From a virus, in IMG/VR virus record IMGVR_UViG_3300045988_045053, positions 87,161 through 151,160 of that record: a stretch of 64,000 nt of DNA; one strand, 5' to 3'. The notes under the pieces were generated by a model. It saw only the letters and a list, made by a program, of their open reading frames with translations, was not told where the DNA came from and did no database searches. Positions 57,869-64,000 of this stretch are shown here, in pieces. The position numbers were made by a program, and so were the translations under genes. Position 1 is the stretch's first letter; each line of letters starts with the position of its first letter.

Positions 57869-59830
57869 TTACTTTACAGGAGGAAAATTATCACCTTTAG
57901 CTGGTGATTCTTCTGGCTTCTTGCCAGTGATTATTTGCCTAAGCGAATCTGCAATAGGCAAATTACGGGCAATCTCCAAGCTAGGAGCAAGATTCTTAGC
58001 CATATTAGCCATGAACTGTCCAGCAGTGTTGGAATCACCATACACAGTAACATTACCAAGCTGGATATGTTCAAATACCTTAGCGTTGGCTTCAGCAACT
58101 TCCTTCCACCTGTCGGTCATTGCATATTGAACGATTGCTTCAGGATGCATACCTGATTTAATCATATGTTCAACTGCAAGAGCCGGAGCCATTTCCATTG
58201 CCTGTTTCTGTTCAGCTTCTGCCATTAAAGATGCTTTCTTACCTTCAGCTTCGGCAAGAAGTTTCTTCTTAGTACCTTCAGCTTCTGCTTCCAGTTGCAT
58301 CTTAGTAGCATTTGCTTTAGCTTCTGCTGCTTTCAAGATTTTAGCTGCTTCCGCTTCTGCTTCAAGAATGGCTACACTCTTAACAGCTTCTGCTTCAATC
58401 TTAGCTTTCTCTTTGGCCTTCTCGGCAGGTATAATCACTTCGGCTTTAAGCTTAGCTTCTTCAGCTTTAGCTTTAGCTTCATTAACTTCTACCTGACGTT
58501 CTTGCTCTGTTTTAGCAACTGCCATTTGAGCTTCAACTTTGGAAGTACCAGCTACTCTTTCAGCTTCAGCTTTAGCTTTCTCTGCTTCTCCCTTAGCTTT
58601 GGAAACTTCAATAGTAGCTTTCTGTTCAGCTACTCCTGCTGCTTTCTCTGCTTCAGCTGCCTTTTGACGGGCTTCTGATTCATACTGTGCAGTTTTAGCT
58701 TCTTTCTCCTGCTGTGCTTTAACAGTTTCAGCTTCTTGGTTTTGTGCTGCTACTGCCATACGAACTTCCTTCTCTGCTTCTGCTTCTGCCTTAGCGGCTT
58801 CAGCTTTGGCAGTAAATTCTGCTTCTTTAGCAGTTGCATAAGCTTGCTGCTCTGCAATCTTGGCAGCTTTCAATGCTTCTTGCTCGGCAACTTTGGAAGC
58901 TTCTTCAGTTTGGGCTGTAGCCACACCAATTTCACGTTCCTTTCTTTGCTCTGCAACAGCAATTTGTTGTTCCTTATGCTGCTCGGCCAATTGAGTTTCT
59001 TTCTCTTTAGTGGTCTTAGCAATAGCAACTTCTTTCTCCCTGTTAGTTTCAGCCACTATAGTTTCTTGCTCCTTAGTAGCTGCTGCAATTGCAATCTCCT
59101 TCTCTCTCGTAGTTTGAGCTATCTGGATTGCTCCTTTCTTCTCTTCTTCTGCGATATCAGCTTGTGATTGCGCTCTTGCTTTAGTCTCTTCTTTCTTACC
59201 AAGATTATCAATATATTGAGCAGCATCTTGAATGTCACTGATATTGATATTCATCAGATAAAGACCAAGTTTGTTCAATTCCGTATTGATATTGTCTCTA
59301 GCTTGAGCTAGGAACTTGTCTCTGTCAGAGTTAAGCTCTTCAATAGTCATCGAAGCAATAACAAGCCTCATCTGACCATAAACAATATCTGAAATCAAAC
59401 TTTCTTTAACGTCATCATCAGCACCTAGTAAGCGATTAGCAGCATTCTGCATAATCAGCGGTTCTTGGCTAATAGCAACAGTTACAGTAGTAGGAATAGT
59501 TACACGAATATTTTGAGCTGACAAAGCATTCTTCAATACAAGATTCAATTGAATCGGTTGCATTGACATTACTTCATAACCCTGTATAATCGGCCATACA
59601 AAAGCTGCACCACCATGATAAACCTTGGCAGTTTTAATTTCAACTTCTCTGTCAACCAGATTACCTTTAGCGTCGCGTTCGCTAACTTTCTCTTTGTGAG
59701 AGCCTGTTTTACCATAAACTACCAACAATTCGTCAGATTTACATTTACGGTAGCGGGATAGAATCCCAATGATAGTGATGATTGCAACTAGTACAACTAC
59801 ACCAACGATAATTAATGATGTCATTTCCAT
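57869..59830 (-). CDS. SPFH/band-7 (flotillin-like) membrane protein with long EA-rich coiled coil
   Basis: N-terminal TM helix, SPFH-like domain, then ~350 aa of AEAEKAKAE-type repeats. Confidence 0.65.
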   Translation of the reverse strand: MEMTSLIIVGVVVLVAIITIIGILSRYRKCKSDELLVVYGKTGSHKEKVSERDAKGNLVDREVEIKTAKVYHGGAAFVWPIIQGYEVMSMQPIQLNLVLKNALSAQNIRVTIPTTVTVAISQEPLIMQNAANRLLGADDDVKESLISDIVYGQMRLVIASMTIEELNSDRDKFLAQARDNINTELNKLGLYLMNINISDIQDAAQYIDNLGKKEETKARAQSQADIAEEEKKGAIQIAQTTREKEIAIAAATKEQETIVAETNREKEVAIAKTTKEKETQLAEQHKEQQIAVAEQRKEREIGVATAQTEEASKVAEQEALKAAKIAEQQAYATAKEAEFTAKAEAAKAEAEAEKEVRMAVAAQNQEAETVKAQQEKEAKTAQYESEARQKAAEAEKAAGVAEQKATIEVSKAKGEAEKAKAEAERVAGTSKVEAQMAVAKTEQERQVEVNEAKAKAEEAKLKAEVIIPAEKAKEKAKIEAEAVKSVAILEAEAEAAKILKAAEAKANATKMQLEAEAEGTKKKLLAEAEGKKASLMAEAEQKQAMEMAPALAVEHMIKSGMHPEAIVQYAMTDRWKEVAEANAKVFEHIQLGNVTVYGDSNTAGQFMANMAKNLAPSLEIARNLPIADSLRQIITGKKPEESPAKGDNFPPVK

Positions 59831-59843
59831 CTTGAAATTGGTA

Positions 59844-60365
59844 TTAATCTATGTATAATTTATTGTCTTCGTATTTACGAATCGTTACTGGCTCATTGAC
59901 AGGATATATCTTCTTATTAAGAGATACAACTTCTACTTCTCTCAATGCTCCACTTATGTTCACGGATGCCAAATGGCGCCCTTCACCTAAATGTACATAG
60001 ATAGTAGCAGTTCTGCCAACTAAGTTAGTCTTCGGTTCGTCTTTAGGAAGGTTCTGCAATTTCATACAGAACTTATATAAATGATACAGCATAAATACAA
60101 ATACAAGACCTATAAAGAATCCTATTAACCAATCAATCCAGGTTACTTCATAACCTAATAATTGCTTAATAGATGTCCATCCTCCGAATCCCATGAAGAA
60201 ATGGATAAATCCTTTAAAGGATACAACATCACTGACATCAAAGTCAGCATCACCATCAAAGTCTACGTCGACATCGAACTCCCCAGCAACCCATGATATT
60301 ATGAATTGTAGGATAAATATACCATAGGCGATGCCTCCTAAGATATAATACAAGTTATTGTCCAT
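59844..60365 (-). CDS. NfeD-like membrane protein (partner of the SPFH protein)
   Basis: Multi-TM N-terminal region and C-terminal OB-fold-like LVGRTATIYVHLGEGRHLASVNISGALREVEVVSL; directly downstream of the SPFH gene. Confidence 0.55.
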   Translation of the reverse strand: MDNNLYYILGGIAYGIFILQFIISWVAGEFDVDVDFDGDADFDVSDVVSFKGFIHFFMGFGGWTSIKQLLGYEVTWIDWLIGFFIGLVFVFMLYHLYKFCMKLQNLPKDEPKTNLVGRTATIYVHLGEGRHLASVNISGALREVEVVSLNKKIYPVNEPVTIRKYEDNKLYID

Positions 60366-60393
60366 CTTACTAATAATTATTTAATCTATTAAA

Positions 60394-60465
60394 GTGGGGC
60401 AAGGAGGAATCGAACCTCCAACGCCAGGCTCTTCAGACCTGCGCTCTACCATTGAGCTACCGCCC
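60394..60465 (-). tRNA. tRNA-Phe(GAA)
   Basis: GGGGCGG..GCTC AATGGTA GAGC..CAGGT CTGAAGA GCCTG..GGAGG TTCGATT CCTCC..TTGCCCC A. Confidence 0.8.
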
Positions 60466-60765
60466 CATACTGCCTACACGTACGTCTTCACTGGATTTTA
60501 TGCTTTATTACGCCAGTTGCTTTGGACAGTCTAAATCCTTCGGTGCTGTACAGCCATACATATATTAGTGAGGCCTCCACTTTAATTAAGCTGCCATCGC
60601 ACCTACTCCCATTACTTCGTCACGCAACGTACCCTACATTCCACTTTAGGATTTTCACCTAACCACATCCTCGGCATTCCGTTTCAAGATAAAATATAAC
60701 TCTGCTGAATAAGTCAAACCAAACAGGAAGATTTATGATACGTTTATACCTAAACAGCAGAATTG

Positions 60766-60839
60766 GGTGACATACGAGACTTGAACTCGTAACCCTTAGA
60801 ACCACAACCTAATGCTCTGCCAATTGAGCTAATGCCACC
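60766..60839 (-). tRNA. tRNA-His(GTG) with encoded G-1
   Basis: G-1 + GTGGCAT..GCTC AATTGGCA GAGC..TTAGG TTGTGGT TCTAA..ACGAG TTCAAGT CTCGT..ATGTCAC C73. Confidence 0.8.
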
Positions 60840-60847
60840 ATATTGAG

Positions 60848-61411
60848 TTATTGCAACTCTAATCCTTCTTTTAGTGCCCTAGTATATGCCATTCTAGCAA
60901 AGAATAGTTCAGCCACAGCCATAACTACTGGCTCTGCTAACTCTTCGGCTCTTTCTTCTTTGGGCTTAGATTCTACATATTCTAGTAATTCCAACACAGC
61001 TCTATTAGCTTCGACCAGGCGACTATAAGCAATGCGAACTTGTTTATAGTTCTTATATCTTTCTCGATATGGTCTTATTGCATTCCATGAATATGAAGCA
61101 GCTACTATTATTGATATGGCACATAGTACCATAAATCCGAAGGGTTCTCCTTTAGACCATGCTGAATAGATTTGACACAATACAGCACCCAAACATAGAT
61201 TCTGTCCTATAAAGAGGGACAATAAGAACCAATAAGCTGAAAAGGCTTTCTTTGCTTCATCAAGTAATGATGCTGACTCCTTTAGCTTCTCTTGTTCAGC
61301 TTTTAATGAGTCAACTGACACTTCCATAGCTTCCCCTTCTCCGTCTGAATCTTTAAGGCGTTCATATTCCTCTTCACTAATCTTAGTTATTTTCAAATCT
61401 TCTCGATTCAT
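60848..61411 (-). CDS. membrane-anchored coiled-coil protein
   Basis: Charged coiled-coil N-terminal region, then two hydrophobic helices. Confidence 0.4.
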   Translation of the reverse strand: MNREDLKITKISEEEYERLKDSDGEGEAMEVSVDSLKAEQEKLKESASLLDEAKKAFSAYWFLLSLFIGQNLCLGAVLCQIYSAWSKGEPFGFMVLCAISIIVAASYSWNAIRPYRERYKNYKQVRIAYSRLVEANRAVLELLEYVESKPKEERAEELAEPVVMAVAELFFARMAYTRALKEGLELQ

Positions 61412-61450
61412 TACCTTTCAATTTAAGTTCAACAATCTGTTGACCTGATG

Positions 61451-61511
61451 AGACTCGAACTCGGGTCTTTAGCGTGCAAAACTAACATAATTGCCACTAT
61501 ACTATGCCCCC
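61451..61511 (-). tRNA. tRNA-Ala(TGC)-like 5' two-thirds with non-matching 3' end (fragment or pseudogene)
   Basis: GGGGGCA TA GTAT AGTGGCAA..TTAGT TTTGCAC GCTAA..CCGAG TTCGAGT. The downstream sequence (CTCATCAGGTCA...) cannot pair with the T stem or acceptor 5' strand. Confidence 0.4.
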
Positions 61512-61680
61512 ATATTTAGCCACACTATCGTAGGGCTATCAGCTCCCAACGTCCGACTGATTACGGAAGAATCTATGAAATGCACAATTACTTAGTCATA
61601 CCCCAACTGTTCTTGTCAGTCTCCGACTCCAACCCATAGCATGTTGTAGAACTCTACATGCATACCCTCCTCATTGTGCA

Positions 61681-61992
61681 CTATTTTAAACCTATCATTT
61701 CAGCAATTTCTTCAAATGAATAATTCAGGAACAGTCTATCCATATCTGCATCAGATTTAACCCATTTAGGTCTAGGATATATAAGAGTAGGAGAATGTCC
61801 TCTCTCATGTAATCCATACACTACTTCCTTCTTACCTTTAATAAGACGAAGGTCAATATGCTCTGACATAGAAGAATAAAATCCTATATTAGAATCCTCT
61901 ACATATGTAGAACCCTTCTTAGACATTACCTTGCGATAAGGTTTATACCCTTTACTAATTAAATACTCTATGAACCCAATCATGTTAACCAC
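61681..61992 (-). CDS. hypothetical protein
   Basis: 103-aa ORF. Confidence 0.4.
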   Translation of the reverse strand: MVNMIGFIEYLISKGYKPYRKVMSKKGSTYVEDSNIGFYSSMSEHIDLRLIKGKKEVVYGLHERGHSPTLIYPRPKWVKSDADMDRLFLNYSFEEIAEMIGLK

Positions 61993-62038
61993 TATTAGTA
62001 CTCCAAGTAGGATTCAAACCTACGACCCGCACATTAGA

Positions 62039-62070
62039 ATGAATACCAGGATTCGAACCTAGTTATTCAC
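62039..62070 (-). ncRNA. tRNA minihelix-like hairpin (acceptor + T arm only) at the 3' end of the insertion
   Basis: GTGAATA A CTAGG TTCGAAT CCTGG TATTCAT; overlaps the HNH stop codon. Confidence 0.35.
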
Positions 62071-62671
62071 AATTAAGCATCTCTTCTTCCTTATGGTAGC
62101 GATAATAAGAACGCTCTCCACACTTGTTCTTAGACTTATACGTGTCTAATTGTGAATCGCAATTAGGACAAATACATCTGAGATTACCTCTCTTATTATT
62201 AGATGCATGACCATCAATATGGTCAATGACAAAGACCAGTTCTTTACCATTCCATACAGGTTTCATACCACAAATAGCACAGATTCCTCCTTGTTCATTT
62301 AAGATGTCATCTCTAAATGGTTGCGGGGAATAGTTAGCTCTCATTATACTAGAATCACCTTCCAGTATCTTTTGATACGCTAACTTATGTCTATGCTCTG
62401 CTTGACATTTGTTGCTGCAATACTTACCATAAGAACCATTGTAACTAATTAATTCCTTACCACAGTTTATGCACTGCTTGTGGACTCTGTTAAATGTTTC
62501 ACTAGGGTTTATACTACGTCTAGCAGGTAATTCAATACCTATTCTACGTGCAACATTCTTAATATTTGAACCTGTACATCCATATCTTCTTCCTATCTCT
62601 TCATAGCTAAGCTTATCTACTAAAATCAGTTGCTCTAGATTTGATTTCTCGTCAATCCATTTACTTGTCAT
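62063..62671 (-). CDS. HNH endonuclease (inside the tRNA-Arg-interrupting insertion)
   Basis: Zn-finger CINCGKE...CSNKC, then HNH VIDHIDGHASNNKRGNLRCICPNCD. Confidence 0.7.
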   Translation of the reverse strand: MTSKWIDEKSNLEQLILVDKLSYEEIGRRYGCTGSNIKNVARRIGIELPARRSINPSETFNRVHKQCINCGKELISYNGSYGKYCSNKCQAEHRHKLAYQKILEGDSSIMRANYSPQPFRDDILNEQGGICAICGMKPVWNGKELVFVIDHIDGHASNNKRGNLRCICPNCDSQLDTYKSKNKCGERSYYRYHKEEEMLNCE

Positions 62672-62880
62672 AATTCGTATTCATTTATTGATACGAATAA
62701 TTAATGAATTAAACAAGTGGCAACCAATTTTAGTAGTAAGGTGCTTAATGGTGATTTACGGCTCACCAACCGTGTGAAGTGTGCTGCTCTATTCACTGAG
62801 CTATTGGAGCATCATCAGAAGGCAAATTGAACTACATGACACAGTAAAAGTACTGATGCCTTCTTATATTACCCATTCAG

Positions 62881-63231
62881 TTATTCTGGATTAAGTAATT
62901 CTCTTGTCTCTTTCTTAAACTGTCTCCTATTATAGCGTTCTCCTTTACATATAGGACAACTACAAGGAGTACTGGTTGTTTTATAGGCAAACGTATATTT
63001 AGAATTATATAATTCTGTCCAATGTCTACCTCTTGCCGTTTTATCTGGATTATACCAGTAGGCAGCGTGGAGTTTAATCCTAGTAATATACTTCTGGTCT
63101 TTCTTTAGGTTCCTCCACCTTTTGTTTCTTTGGATTAGTGAATCCTTTAGTTTCTCCGTTCTTAGTTCTTCCATCGTCTCTACCATTAGTGTTAATAATG
63201 TCTTGAAACGGGTTGTAGCCGGTTCCAACAA
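62881..63231 (-). CDS. hypothetical basic protein with Cys motif
   Basis: CSCPICKGERYNRRQ; 116 aa. Confidence 0.4.
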   Translation of the reverse strand: MLEPATTRFKTLLTLMVETMEELRTEKLKDSLIQRNKRWRNLKKDQKYITRIKLHAAYWYNPDKTARGRHWTELYNSKYTFAYKTTSTPCSCPICKGERYNRRQFKKETRELLNPE

Positions 63232-63280
63232 ACTTCTTCATGTCCAATCCTGTTAAATTAATTCCTTTCATACGATAATT

Positions 63281-63628
63281 TTACAATCTATTAAATACTG
63301 CATGTTCCTTTAACCACTCTTGATAGAGCTTATCATCATAGTTCCCTGAATACTCCCAATGAAATCTACTACATTCTATAGTCTTTAGTAAGAACTTCAT
63401 CACAGACCTTGTATTAGCCTTCTTTGATATAGATGAAATGTAAAACTTCTCTTTATCAAAATCATAGTATCCTCGTAATACCACTCGGCGAGAATTTTGT
63501 CTATTTAAGTAAATTCTTGCCAACAACTTGGAGTTATTGTCTACATATCGAGTAGGTATGAATTTATAAGCCATCTGATTCAGCCAGCAATAAAGTAATA
63601 CCAATACAATAGGCATTATTAACTGCAT
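63281..63628 (-). CDS. hypothetical protein
   Basis: 115-aa ORF. Confidence 0.35.
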   Translation of the reverse strand: MQLIMPIVLVLLYCWLNQMAYKFIPTRYVDNNSKLLARIYLNRQNSRRVVLRGYYDFDKEKFYISSISKKANTRSVMKFLLKTIECSRFHWEYSGNYDDKLYQEWLKEHAVFNRL

Positions 63629-63887
63629 TCAGCCTCTTCTTAAGTTCCTTCTTAGCCTTTCTGGGCAACTTAGGATACTCTGCATATAAATCCTGTTCAG
63701 CGGCTCTACTTGCTTCGCTTAATTGCTCAAGTAAAGCATTAACATCTTCTTTAGTTTTGTAATCCTTAAGAAGGACTCTAACTAATGTGGGACGTTTTAC
63801 CATTTCTCGCATTCCAGATTCGTACACTCTACAAATTTGGTTTCTACTTAACGTAGACACTCTCCTTAATTTCACTTTAAACTTCAT
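63564..63887 (-). CDS. hypothetical protein
   Basis: 107-aa ORF. Confidence 0.35.
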   Translation of the reverse strand: MKFKVKLRRVSTLSRNQICRVYESGMREMVKRPTLVRVLLKDYKTKEDVNALLEQLSEASRAAEQDLYAEYPKLPRKAKKELKKRLNAVNNAYCIGITLLLAESDGL

Positions 63888-63906
63888 AATACATTCAAAT
63901 TAGTTG

Positions 63907-63960
63907 AGGAAGCAGAGGGATTCGAACCCCCGTGCCCTTGCGGGCAAACGGTTTTCAAGT
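63907..63960 (-). tRNA. 3' portion of a type II tRNA (Ser-TGA-like); 5' partner not adjacent (window edge)
   Basis: (C)TTGAAA ACCGT..variable GCCC GCAA GGGC..GGGGG TTCGAAT CCCTC..TGCTTCC T. The sequence immediately 5' (GGGATAAAA...) cannot pair with ACCGT, so the gene is either interrupted like the other two or truncated. Confidence 0.35.
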
Positions 63961-64000
63961 TTTATCCCGCGTCTGTTGCCTGCCGGTTGTTAGTGCTTTT

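Larger units (their letters stand above)
61999..62810 (-). tRNA. split tRNA-Arg(TCT): exons 62778..62810 and 61999..62038, ~740-nt insertion
   Basis: 5' exon GCTCCAA TA GCTC AGTGAATA GAGC A GCACA CTT. 3' exon (T)CTAA TGTGC GGGTC GTAGG TTTGAAT CCTAC TTGGAGT A. The anticodon stem GCACA/TGTGC is restored across the insertion; loop CTTCTAA, anticodon TCT. Confidence 0.55.

Noticed and set aside
58295-59167. Possible tandem-repeat or CRISPR-like periodicity in 58200..59200
   Set aside because: The periodicity comes from the GCTTCTGCTTC-type codon repeats of the EA-rich coiled coil of the SPFH protein. There are no direct repeats with unique spacers.
63080-63271. 63-aa ORF overlapping 62881..63231 out of frame
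   Set aside because: Almost completely embedded in the longer basic-protein ORF; likely a shadow frame.

Overview
The window is a densely packed, strictly minus-strand module of a large virulent dsDNA phage genome. No gene on the plus strand is credible. The host is probably an anaerobic Bacteroidota-type bacterium; this is inferred from anaerobic NrdD/NrdG plus ThyX, an AT-rich sequence, and one TAnnTTTG -7-like promoter motif.

Recognisable content:
- Replication: family A DNA polymerase with 3'-5' exonuclease, DnaG-like primase, DnaB-like helicase, Dda-like SF1 helicase, SF2 helicase, ATP-dependent DNA ligase, RNase H.
- Nucleotide metabolism: dUTPase, ThyX, anaerobic RNR NrdD/NrdG, a HAD 5'-nucleotidase, and a C-terminally shortened PurA-family enzyme that is a PurZ-like candidate.
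- A tRNA-repair set (Pnk, CCA-adding nucleotidyltransferase, Rnl2-like RNA ligase) near a large tRNA array of at least 11 canonical tRNAs.
- Accessory genes: a flotillin/SPFH plus NfeD pair, a ferritin-like protein, an AAA+ ATPase, a vWA protein, and CYTH and SEC-C small proteins.

The most unusual signals:
1. thyX is split inside its RHR motif by an ~894-nt group I-like insertion that carries an HNH endonuclease ORF.
2. Two tRNA genes are interrupted in the anticodon loop by 630-740-nt insertions, each encoding an HNH endonuclease. One of them has anticodon UCA, which would read UGA (opal-suppressor type); the other is Arg-UCU.
3. Several further tRNA-like genes are structurally aberrant or partial.
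4. pnk is interrupted by a frameshift at a C4 run in its Walker A region.

CDS coordinates are taken from the supplied ORF track. The track extends each ORF to its most upstream possible start, so true N-termini may lie further in. All RNA folds were done by eye and should be confirmed with tRNAscan-SE or Infernal.
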